In this document: positions 46,892 through 54,784 of the stretch, piece after piece | Layout of the letters: every line of letters begins with the position of its first letter | Numbering within the stretch: the stretch's first letter is position 1 | Origin: a virus | Lineage: Duplodnaviria > Caudoviricetes | IMG/VR virus record: IMGVR_UViG_3300048851_000236 | Span: 1-54,784 of that record | DNA length: 54,784 nt | Direction: 5' to 3' (one strand) | The notes under the pieces: generated by a model | What the model was told of the DNA's origin: nothing | Databases searched by the model: none | What the model saw: only the letters and a program-made list of their open reading frames with translations | Program-made: the position numbers and the translations under genes

Positions 46892-47010
46892 CCCTATGCG
46901 GCCACACAACTTTTTCGTGTGCGTGGTTTTCGTCCCGTGCAAACGCGTATCCAGAAGCCTAGGCTGAGGAATACCGTTTTGCTGTCACGCCCTCGGTGGG
47001 GCTTCGATTA

Positions 47011-47049
47011 AACCGCCTGCTGGAGCCCCCGCTCTGGTGGGCGGTTTTT
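47011..47049 (+). terminator. Intrinsic terminator-like hairpin
   Basis: AACCGCCTGCTGGAGC-CCCC-GCTCTGGTGGGCGGTT plus T run. Confidence 0.65.
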
Positions 47050-47143
47050 CGTATGGGGGGGCGTGTCACGGAACTGGCACGCGCATACTGGCGCGGGTAC
47101 ATTTAATGCTGCCAGTTCAATGGGGTAGACCGATATCGCACTG

Positions 47144-47183
47144 CCCTTACCAAGGGAGTGCTCTACCGCTGAGCTACAGCAGC
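47144..47183 (-). pseudogene. 5' half of tRNA-Thr(GGT); probable prophage attachment site
   Basis: GCTGCTGTAGCTCAGCGGTAGAGCACTCCCTTGGTAAGGG, then loss of similarity; no T-arm or CCA. Confidence 0.85.
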
Positions 47184-47204
47184 AGGACCGTCGGTATGGG
47201 GCGC

Positions 47205-47233
47205 TTCCTAAGGTCTGGCTCGGTGGCGCGCAA
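47205..47233 (-). promoter_or_regulatory. Host tRNA promoter
   Basis: TTGCGC-N17-TAGGAA followed by a GC-rich discriminator. Confidence 0.55.
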
Positions 47234-47442
47234 CCCCCATTGTGAGCCAAGGGGCCGCAAATGAGGTGGCGGCCTGCGGATTTCTGCCATCTGGCGGATA
47301 CCGCTGGTCCCGCACCGGGCGCCGGGGACCTTCATGTCGCATTCCGCGCGGTACAACTCAGAAGTGTCTGGCGTTTTCATTCCGCGCAAGTTAGCGTCTG
47401 AACCGGATACTTCGCGACGCTCTCCGGTGGGCGCAGCTTAGA

Positions 47443-47486
47443 GACAGCCCGGCAGGACCCCCGTCCTGCCGGGCTGTCGCCTTTTC
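47443..47486 (+). terminator. Strong hairpin/intrinsic terminator
   Basis: GACAGCCCGGCAGGAC-CCCC-GTCCTGCCGGGCTGTC followed by GCCTTTT. Confidence 0.75.
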
Positions 47487-47690
47487 GGGAAGGGGCTGGT
47501 GGGCTAAGGCCGCGCCGCCATCGTCCACACCCCTTCAAGGCCCGGCCCGGACCGATCCAGCGGATGCTGGCGCCGGGTGCTCAAGCCTGTGCTGCGGCGG
47601 CGGGTTTCCGGCATTCAGCCGAGGCACCCATGCCAGCGCCGCCACGGCGGCCGCGCTGCCGGCCTCGATCCCAGGAACGGCGCCGCGCCA

Positions 47691-49286
47691 TCACGCCAGG
47701 CTTCTGGCGCCATCCCCGTCATTCAGCGCCGCGACAGGGGCCTCCAGCCGATAGAGCAGGCCCTCGGGCAGGTATTCGATGCTGGCTTCGCCCTCGAAGT
47801 AGCCGGGCAGGGTGCGGCGGATCATGAAGCTGCCGAAGCCGTTGCGCGCCGGCGGCGACACAACGGGGCCGCCGCTTTCCTGCCAGCGCAGTTGGAGCAT
47901 GGCCTCCGCGCCATCGAAGGGCGGCAGGATGCGCCAGGAGAGCGCCACCTGCCCCCCCTCGACGGAAAGGGCGCCGTATTTGGCGGCATTGGTGGCCAGT
48001 TCATGCAGCGCCAGGGTCAGCGCCAGGGAACAGCGGGAGGAGAGCCGCAGGGAAGGACCCTCGATCCGGAAGGCGCCGGTCTGGCCGTCATGCGGCAGCA
48101 GGGCGGCGCGCACCACATCATGAATGGCGGCGCCCTGCTCATGACTGTCCAGCAGGTCGGAATGGGCGCGGCCGAGCGCGATCATCCGCGCCTCCAGCGC
48201 CTCCCGCGCCGCGGGGAGGGAGGCGGACTGGCGCAGCGTCTGGTTCATCACCGCCTGGACCATGGCCAGGGTATTCTTCAGGCGGTGCTTCAGCTCCTGG
48301 TTCAGCAATTGCTGCTGCTCGTCCAGCCGCCGCTGGGCCGTGATGTCGCGCGCGACGCAGAGCAGCCGTTCCGGCCGGCTGCCGCCGTCCAGGATCGGCG
48401 TCACCACCACATCCCACCACATCGGCTGGCCGCGCATGGTGCGCGCCATCCCCTGGAAGCGGCCGGTGCGGCTGGCGCGGGCCTCGGCCACGGCGGCCTG
48501 TGCCGCCGCCCGGGCCTCGCCCTGCCACAGTTCGGGCCAGGCCGTGCCGCCGATCGCCGCGAAATCGGCGACCTCCATGGCCCGGCGGCCGCCCTCGCTC
48601 ATGAAGGTCAGGCTGGCATCGAGGTCCAGCACCGTGATGCAGTCGGAGGAACTGGCCAGCACGCCGCCGAGGAAGGCGGCGGTGGCATCGGCCTCGGCCC
48701 GGCTTTCCGCCCCATTGGCCAGGGCCTGCCGCAGGCTGGCGAGATCGGCGTCGCGGACGGCCAGACTGCCCCGCAGCGCGGAGCAGACCAGTGAGATGCC
48801 GGTCATGACAAGGGTGAAGAGGGCCGTGGCCAGCCATTGCTCGGACGCGATGGCGAAAGTGTAGAAGGGGGGGATGAAGAGGCCCGCGGCCAGCAGCGTG
48901 GCCAGCGCGGTGGCGAAAAGGCCTGGGCCGGTGCCCAGCAGGAAGGCCACCGCCATGACGATCGGGATGAAGAAGAGATAGGGCAGGTTGATCACCGGCA
49001 CCGCCAGCCGGATGGCTGCCGCCGCCAGCACCATCAGGGCCGCGAGCCCGTAGCGGCGCGGCGCGGAAAGGTGTCGGTGCGGCAGGCGCCGGATGATCCT
49101 GTCCCAGAAGGGCGTCTCGTCACGCAAAAAGGCTGGTCCTGGCAAGCGGGGGCGACAGCCACCGGCCGCCCGCGCCGCGAGCCCTGGCAGGGCAGCGGCG
49201 TTGCGGCCGGATAACGGCGCTGCGGGCAGATATAGGGCAAGACCGCGCAAAGCCCATCCCTTCGCGCCGCGGCGGCGCGGCTTCAA
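47691..49286 (-). CDS. HWE-family sensor histidine kinase (DUF4118-like membrane domain, PAS); true start probably near 49130
   Basis: ELKHRLKN H-box, HELATNAAKYGALS, WQESGGP, GFG; four TMs; PAS ending CVARDIT. Confidence 0.92.
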   Translation of the reverse strand: MKPRRRGAKGWALRGLALYLPAAPLSGRNAAALPGLAARAAGGCRPRLPGPAFLRDETPFWDRIIRRLPHRHLSAPRRYGLAALMVLAAAAIRLAVPVINLPYLFFIPIVMAVAFLLGTGPGLFATALATLLAAGLFIPPFYTFAIASEQWLATALFTLVMTGISLVCSALRGSLAVRDADLASLRQALANGAESRAEADATAAFLGGVLASSSDCITVLDLDASLTFMSEGGRRAMEVADFAAIGGTAWPELWQGEARAAAQAAVAEARASRTGRFQGMARTMRGQPMWWDVVVTPILDGGSRPERLLCVARDITAQRRLDEQQQLLNQELKHRLKNTLAMVQAVMNQTLRQSASLPAAREALEARMIALGRAHSDLLDSHEQGAAIHDVVRAALLPHDGQTGAFRIEGPSLRLSSRCSLALTLALHELATNAAKYGALSVEGGQVALSWRILPPFDGAEAMLQLRWQESGGPVVSPPARNGFGSFMIRRTLPGYFEGEASIEYLPEGLLYRLEAPVAALNDGDGARSLA

Positions 49287-49732
49287 CCCACGCGCATCAT
49301 CTCCGCCATGCGCCGCGCCCGGGCGGGGGTCTGCCCGGCCCAGAGGGAGGCCAGCATTTCCGCCGCCGCCGCCGCGTGGTCGCCGCGCCGCAGGGCGGCC
49401 AGCATGCCCTTGAAGGCCAGCAGCCCGGCGATGCCGAGCTGGAAGGCCATGGCCTGCAGCACGACGCGGCGGTTCTCGCTGATCGCCACGGTCCAGGGCA
49501 GCGCCTGCGCCACCTGGACGCGGATCTCGGCCAGGTCATTCTCCAGCAGCGCCAGGGCCTCGGCCGTGGTGATGCCGCGGCGGTCCAGGCAGCGGCCGAT
49601 GCCGATGGTGGGGTGGCCCACCAGCGCCATGCCGGGCCGCAGCGGCCTGCCGGTGGCGTCGTCATAGACCGTCAGCCGCAGGCCTTCCTCCCGCGCCAGC
49701 AACTCGGCCAGAGGACTGGGGGAGGCGCTCAC
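49283..49732 (-). CDS. Lysozyme (GH24/T4-like)
   Basis: REEGLRLTVYDDATG...PTIGIG...MAFQLG...MLASLWAGQTPARA; GTG overlaps holin stop. Confidence 0.9.
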   Translation of the reverse strand: MSASPSPLAELLAREEGLRLTVYDDATGRPLRPGMALVGHPTIGIGRCLDRRGITTAEALALLENDLAEIRVQVAQALPWTVAISENRRVVLQAMAFQLGIAGLLAFKGMLAALRRGDHAAAAAEMLASLWAGQTPARARRMAEMMRVG

Positions 49733-49911
49733 GGCCGGGCCGCCTTGCCCTCGGGCATCAGGGCGGAGACGGCGCCGAGCAGCAGGATCGAGACATCGAC
49801 GAAGCCCTGGATGGCGCCCGCGTCCGGCACGATGCCCTTCATCGCGAAGATCATGACGGCGAGCGAGCGCAGCGTGCCCGGCTCGGCCAGGCGGTCGAGG
49901 AAGTAACGCAT
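49729..49911 (-). CDS. Small holin-like protein
   Basis: RLAEPGTLRSL plus two TMs; coupled to lysozyme. Confidence 0.7.
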   Translation of the reverse strand: MRYFLDRLAEPGTLRSLAVMIFAMKGIVPDAGAIQGFVDVSILLLGAVSALMPEGKAARP

Positions 49912-49976
49912 CCGGCGGATCCTTGGATGAGAGGGGGAGCCGGCCGCGCGGCATGGCGCGGCCGGTGGCGGCGGCG

Positions 49977-50351
49977 TTACTCGGCGTTGATGGTCAGTGC
50001 CTCGGCGGCGATGGTCACGGTGCCGGCGCCGGAGACCGGCGCCGTCTGCGCCAGCGGCCCGAAGGCCAGGGCATTGCCGCCGGCGGCCGCGTCATAGAGC
50101 CCGACATGGGTCAGGGTGCCGGCGGCGGCGGTGAAGACGAAGCGCAGAGCCTCGGCGTTGCGCTGCTCGCCGGTGCCGGTGAAGACGACCTTCTGGCGGG
50201 CATAGCCATTGCCGGCGGGTTCGCCGGACAGGCCATTGGCCACGGTGCCGCCGGTGCCCAGCGCGGCATAGATGACGGCGGGCAGGGAAGGGCCGCGGGC
50301 GCAGATGGCGCGGGCCAGCAGGTTGCGGGCGTGATCGGTCAGGACGGGCAT
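49977..50351 (-). CDS. Phage tail-fibre-related small protein
   Basis: EPAGNGYARQ...THVGLYDAAAGGN motif. Confidence 0.8.
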   Translation of the reverse strand: MPVLTDHARNLLARAICARGPSLPAVIYAALGTGGTVANGLSGEPAGNGYARQKVVFTGTGEQRNAEALRFVFTAAAGTLTHVGLYDAAAGGNALAFGPLAQTAPVSGAGTVTIAAEALTINAE

Positions 50352-50383
50352 GGGTCTCGTTCCTTTGGGAAGGGGTGGGGCGC

Positions 50384-51628
50384 TCAGGCAGCCCTGGTCA
50401 GGGCCTGCAGCAGGGCATTGGGCAGGCGGGCGGGGCGGTAGTCCACCAGCTCCACCTCGCCATGGGCGGCGCGGCTGAGCTGGACGGAGGCATGGCCGAC
50501 CAGCATGCGGGTCAGGCCGGCGGGCAGGGTGGCGGCGGCGGTCTGCGCCTCGCCGCCATTGAGGCAGAGCGCCTGGTCCCCCGGGGCCCAGGCGAAGGCG
50601 GCCTGGAAGGGCGTACCGGGCACCATGTTGCCGGCGGACAGGGTCGCCAGGTTGGCGCCGGCCAGATCCACCACGCCGGTGATGGCGGAGCCCGCCGAGC
50701 TGTTGCGGAGCTGGATGCGGTTCTGGTCCGTGCCATCGTCGATCTGCCACAGCCCCTGGGAGGCCCCGAAAGGCGCCAGTTGCGGCAGCATGGCCCGCAC
50801 CACCACCGTGCCCTGCGGGCCGAAGCCGCCGGGGGGCAGCCAGAGCGGCACATCCGCCTCCCGCGCCGCTGTCGTCGTGGTACCGGGGGCCGGCATGACC
50901 GGTGAGGACGCGAAGGCCGCTTCCTCGATCTGCGCGCCCCAGACCAGCACGGTCCGGCCGCTGCCGGCATAGGTGGGCAGGCGGGTGGCCGATGCGGAAG
51001 GCGTCATGGCGACGTAGAGGCGGGCGGCGGCCGTCGCCGTCGCCGTCAGCACCATGACGCAGCGGAACCAGCCGTCGCGCAATGCCTCGATCCTGGCGCT
51101 GGAAACGGTCGTCCCCAGCGTGCCCACCTGTCCGGCTGCCAAGTCGAAATTGGCGTATTGCTGTCCCCCGAAGGCAGCGGCCAGGAAGGACAGCTGGATC
51201 GTCGGGCAGGTGCCGGCCTTGGCGAAGATGCTGGCCGCATAGGTGACGCCGGCGGTGAAATTGACGTAGGCGCTGCCATAGTTGTTGGCCGAACTGCCCG
51301 TCGTCTCCGTCAGCAGCGCGGCCTCGGCGGCACCGTTCGGGGAAGCGGCGGGGGCCCGCGCCGCCATGCCGGTGGCCACCCATGGTTCCAGCCCGATGGA
51401 GGCCGCGCCCTGGCACAGGTTGACCCTGGCGCCTTCCACCAGCAGCCGCCGCGCCGCGCCGTTGAAGCGCGGCGTATCGGCGGGTGCCGCGGCAAGCCCG
51501 AGGGCGGCGGTCAGCACGGCCGCGCCACCCGCGCGGCCGACCGCGAGCCGCCCCGGATTATCCGGCCCCAGCACGCGGAGGGCGGTGCCGCCCCCCAGCG
51601 CGCCGGCCGGAAAATAGCAGAGGTTCAT
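50384..51628 (-). CDS. Phage head-spike/fibre-like protein with C-terminal LamG-like domain
   Basis: LLVEGARVNL...GWFRC...WGAQIE...SSP...READ pattern. Confidence 0.8.
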   Translation of the reverse strand: MNLCYFPAGALGGGTALRVLGPDNPGRLAVGRAGGAAVLTAALGLAAAPADTPRFNGAARRLLVEGARVNLCQGAASIGLEPWVATGMAARAPAASPNGAAEAALLTETTGSSANNYGSAYVNFTAGVTYAASIFAKAGTCPTIQLSFLAAAFGGQQYANFDLAAGQVGTLGTTVSSARIEALRDGWFRCVMVLTATATAAARLYVAMTPSASATRLPTYAGSGRTVLVWGAQIEEAAFASSPVMPAPGTTTTAAREADVPLWLPPGGFGPQGTVVVRAMLPQLAPFGASQGLWQIDDGTDQNRIQLRNSSAGSAITGVVDLAGANLATLSAGNMVPGTPFQAAFAWAPGDQALCLNGGEAQTAAATLPAGLTRMLVGHASVQLSRAAHGEVELVDYRPARLPNALLQALTRAA

Positions 51629-51629
51629 G

Positions 51630-54077
51630 TCAGGGGGCTCCCGCACCCGTCAGGTGGCAGATCTTCGTGGTGCCGCCATCGGGCGAATAGATGAGCAGCG
51701 AGGCGACGCCGCCGGCGCGGATCCGGGTGAAGCCATCGGCATTGGTGGGCGCCGTGTTGACGGTGAAGCCGGAGAGCGACAGCGCCAGATCACTCGCCAT
51801 CCGGTTGACGATGGTGCAGGAGAAGCCATCCCCCGCATTGGACCAGCTCAGCGACAGCGTGGTGCCGTTATTGGCGATCAGCATGCGGCCGTTATGCGCG
51901 GCATAGGTCAGCGTGGTGGCGGCGGAGAGCAGCAGGGTCGCCAGGCGGCGCTCGGTGAACTGTCCGTCGACATAGCGCTTGGTGGCGGCGTGCTGGCTGG
52001 CGCTCGGATCCCCCGGCAGCACCAGTGGGCCGGTCAGCGTCGCCGTGCCGGTGGAGGAGATGCGGAAGCGCTCCGCCACCGTGCCCGCCGCGCGGGTCTC
52101 GAAGACCAGCGCGCCGGCCTCGCTGCCATTCGTCACCGCCTCCGCCACAGCGGCGAGGCGGGCGAAGGTCTGCTCGGCGGCGGCGCTGTTGTTGCCATTG
52201 GCTTCCAGCACCGCGATGCGGTCATTGGCCACGGGGTTGGCCGAGAGGCGACGCAGCCGCAGCATCTGCGGCTGCGTCATTCCGGCGCCGCCCAGGCTCA
52301 GCGCCGCATTCGGGTTGTTGGCGCTGTCGCCAGCGAAGTTCACATCGGCGCCGGAGAGGGTGAAGTTCGCCGCCGGCAGGTCCGCCGCGTTCAGCAGCCG
52401 CAGTTGCGCCCCATTGCCGCCGCGCTTGTGGATATTCACCGCGCCATCGGCATCGGCGGAAAGCCGCGTCTCGATGGCGGCGGTGTCGGAGACGGAGGCG
52501 ATCTCCACCCGCCCGGCCGCGATGCGGTTGGTGGTCTCGCTGGTGGCACGGTTGGCGGCGAGGCTCAGGCGCCGCATGGCCGCCGGGCTGTCGGCGGTGA
52601 AGGTCACGGGGCGGGTGTCGCAGCCGGTGACGATGACATTGCCGGCCGCTTCCGCCAGATGGATGGCCGCGATGGTCTGGTTGCCGGTGCCGGGCCCGCC
52701 GGTGAAGTCGCAGCCGACAAAGGAGACCTGCCCGTCCAGCACTTCCGCGATGCGGCGGGCGCCGCCGGTCACGTCGACGCCGATGATCTCGTGCTGCTCC
52801 GTGCCCGTGGTCGAGACCTGCACGGAGACGCCCTTGGAGGACAGGAAGCCGCCGATGACCTTGTTGCGCTGCGCGGTGCCGCTGAGGCGGATGCCGATGG
52901 TGGTGGGGTCCGCCGCATCCACCCAGCCGTCGACGCCGATATTGACGAAGGAACAGGCATGCACGTCGCCACGGATATCGAAGCCGATGTCATGGCCGTA
53001 TTCGAAGCAGTTCTGGAAGGAGGCCATATCGGCGCTGGTGACGGTGAAGGCAGTGCCGAGACGGCGGTTCGGCTGGATATAGGCGGCGCCGCCGGAGCTC
53101 CAGCCGGCGACATAGGCCGAATTGTCGAGGTCCACGCGGGTGGAATCCACCACCGTCACGGTCCAGCGGCCGTAAAGGCCGGGGCAGCCGCTGTCGCGCA
53201 CCTCGGAAATGTTCATCAGCTCGCCGGTCTTCAGGCTGTGCTCGCCCGTCAGCGTGACGCGGAAGCGGCCGGCACCGTTGTTGGTGACATTGCCGATGGC
53301 GATGCGGGTATTGGACCAGACGCGCCCGGTGGTGACCAGCGGGTGCCAGTTCACCTCGCTGATGCGGCAGACATCGAAGGCATTGCCGAGGAAGAAGCCG
53401 TTGCGCGCATCGCCCAGCACGTCCTTCACGCGCAGCCGCGCATTGCCGTGGCTGTAGATGCCCCAGTCGAAGCCCAGCACGAGCAGGCCCGAGAGCGTCG
53501 TATCCGCGCCATTGCCGGCGCCGCCGCCGCCGCTGCCATCGCCCACCGTGATGGCGGTGCCGGCGAAGGCGGCCATGGCATCCAGCCCCTCGCGCAGCGT
53601 ATTGGGCACGGTCATGCCCCGCCGCAGCACCGCCAGCCCTTCCAGCCCGCCGTTGCGCTGCACGCGAATGGTGCGCGCGGGGTCCAGCAGGATGGCGTGG
53701 TTGACGGTGGTGAAGTCGCCGTTCTGGCGCCAGCCGCCGCCGCTGGTCCGCCCGCGCAGGAAGACGCCGTTCTTCACCGTGATATCGCCCGAGGCCACGA
53801 GGTAGCGGCGCGGCCCCAGCAGCACCACGCCGCCACCCTGCGCCGCCGCCGCGTTGATCGCGGCCTGGAAGGCGGCCGTGTCATCGGTCACGCCATCCCC
53901 CACGGCGCCGTAGTCGCGCACATGCAGCGAGCGGTCGGTCAGCATGGCACGGCGCATGGCGGCGATGGTGGTGCGGCGCGTCACCGCCATTGCCGAACTT
54001 CCCTGCACCAGCGGCGCGAAATCGGCATCGGCGAGCGTCGCGGCGGCGGGAAGTTCGGAGATCTTCGAATTGGCCAT
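51630..54077 (-). CDS. Tailspike-like beta-helix protein (pectate-lyase-3-like)
   Basis: SKISELPAA N-terminus; VRDYGAVGDGVTDDTAAFQAAI; HAATKRYVD fibre motif. Confidence 0.88.
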   Translation of the reverse strand: MANSKISELPAAATLADADFAPLVQGSSAMAVTRRTTIAAMRRAMLTDRSLHVRDYGAVGDGVTDDTAAFQAAINAAAAQGGGVVLLGPRRYLVASGDITVKNGVFLRGRTSGGGWRQNGDFTTVNHAILLDPARTIRVQRNGGLEGLAVLRRGMTVPNTLREGLDAMAAFAGTAITVGDGSGGGGAGNGADTTLSGLLVLGFDWGIYSHGNARLRVKDVLGDARNGFFLGNAFDVCRISEVNWHPLVTTGRVWSNTRIAIGNVTNNGAGRFRVTLTGEHSLKTGELMNISEVRDSGCPGLYGRWTVTVVDSTRVDLDNSAYVAGWSSGGAAYIQPNRRLGTAFTVTSADMASFQNCFEYGHDIGFDIRGDVHACSFVNIGVDGWVDAADPTTIGIRLSGTAQRNKVIGGFLSSKGVSVQVSTTGTEQHEIIGVDVTGGARRIAEVLDGQVSFVGCDFTGGPGTGNQTIAAIHLAEAAGNVIVTGCDTRPVTFTADSPAAMRRLSLAANRATSETTNRIAAGRVEIASVSDTAAIETRLSADADGAVNIHKRGGNGAQLRLLNAADLPAANFTLSGADVNFAGDSANNPNAALSLGGAGMTQPQMLRLRRLSANPVANDRIAVLEANGNNSAAAEQTFARLAAVAEAVTNGSEAGALVFETRAAGTVAERFRISSTGTATLTGPLVLPGDPSASQHAATKRYVDGQFTERRLATLLLSAATTLTYAAHNGRMLIANNGTTLSLSWSNAGDGFSCTIVNRMASDLALSLSGFTVNTAPTNADGFTRIRAGGVASLLIYSPDGGTTKICHLTGAGAP

Positions 54078-54130
54078 CGGGGCAGGGGTCCTTCAGGGAT
54101 TGAGGCGCGCGGGAGGGGAAAGAAGGCTGC

Positions 54131-54784
54131 TCAGAGCAGCAATTCGCCGCCGTCCTGCATCAGCATCGTGGCGCCGGCCTCGGTCAGCAGGACGTAGGGC
54201 TCGGTGACGACGAAGGAGGTGGAGGTCTGCGTCACCAGCGGTTCCGCCGCGTCCCGCACCGTCACGCGATAGCCGGAGCCGGGGGCGGGGGCCGTGAAGG
54301 TGACGGAGGCGGAGCCGGAGAGGGCGCTGGCCGAAACCGGCCCCGAGACCACCGCGCCCGCGCTGTTGACGAGGGAGAAGACCAGTGTCGCGACCGGTCC
54401 GGTGACGCGCGCCGAGACGGTGAAGGATCGGCCGATGTAGAGACCCGCCGGTACCGGATCGAGCGCCACGGTGCGGGTCTGCGCGGTGGTGGCGCCGAGG
54501 CTGAACAGAATCCTTAGGGCGGCGCTGGCGGTGATGCGCACCGGCGGCGCGGTCGCATCCAGCACCAGCCCGTTGCCCACCGCGCCATTGCTACGGACCG
54601 GGATCAGGCTCAGCGCGTCCGAGGTCTGCAGCAGGATCAGGTGGCCCGGCAGCAGCTTGCTGGCGACGGAGGCGAAATAGCCCGGCGCCAGCACGGCCGC
54701 GCGGGTGTCGGTGGTGGTGTAGAGCCACATCGTGAAGCCGCCGGCGGAATCCAGCGGCGTGAGGTTGCGGGCGTCGAAGGGCAT
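54131..54784 (-). CDS. Phage-like structural protein
   Basis: GGFTMWLYTTTD...GYF N-terminus; C-terminal LLTEAG...LMQDGGELLL motif; start at the window edge. Confidence 0.75.
   Translation of the reverse strand: MPFDARNLTPLDSAGGFTMWLYTTTDTRAAVLAPGYFASVASKLLPGHLILLQTSDALSLIPVRSNGAVGNGLVLDATAPPVRITASAALRILFSLGATTAQTRTVALDPVPAGLYIGRSFTVSARVTGPVATLVFSLVNSAGAVVSGPVSASALSGSASVTFTAPAPGSGYRVTVRDAAEPLVTQTSTSFVVTEPYVLLTEAGATMLMQDGGELLL

Larger units (their letters stand above)
1..47183. mobile_element. Lambdoid/HK97-type siphovirus prophage, apparently intact; the left att lies outside the window
   Basis: Integrase at the left end, canonical module order (integration, immunity, replication, packaging, head, tail, lysis) and a tRNA fragment at the right end. 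Confidence 0.93.

Noticed and set aside
46514-46907. Minus-strand ORFs of 97 and 84 aa
   Set aside because: No clear RBS or motifs; Arg/Pro-rich composition typical of non-coding GC-rich DNA
47108-47183. Complete tRNA-Thr(GGT)
   Set aside because: Anticodon stem breaks after GGG and there is no T-arm or CCA; only the 5' half is present
51627-54197. 856-aa plus-strand ORF
   Set aside because: Antisense shadow of the tailspike gene caused by high-GC codon bias; no motifs

Overview
High-GC (alphaproteobacterial-looking, Roseomonas/Acetobacteraceae-like by inference) chromosomal window. Positions 1 to ~47183 are an apparently complete lambdoid/HK97-type siphovirus prophage. In order it carries a tyrosine integrase and xis, a leftward early operon, a double-HTH CI and Cro switch with operators, a prim-pol/DUF3987-type replicase with an iteron origin, a late promoter/terminator, HNH-terS-terL-portal-protease-capsid, tail genes (including a -1 frameshift chaperone, a tape measure with a lytic transglycosylase domain and an SGNH-esterase fibre), an Arc/Mnt/antirepressor-like island, lysis genes and low-GC morons. 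It ends in the 5' half of a tRNA-Thr(GGT), the probable att site. Right of that are a candidate sRNA, an HWE histidine kinase and the end of a second, host-ameliorated phage-like (possibly GTA-like) tail/lysis cluster. The most striking unexplained structure is a portal protein with a ~180-aa C-terminal extension resembling a BECR-type RNase, followed directly by a ~100-nt cloverleaf (tRNA-like) RNA with its own convergent sigma70-type promoter. This is a candidate virion-linked RNase/RNA-antitoxin system. All family calls come from motif recognition by eye; no database searches were run.
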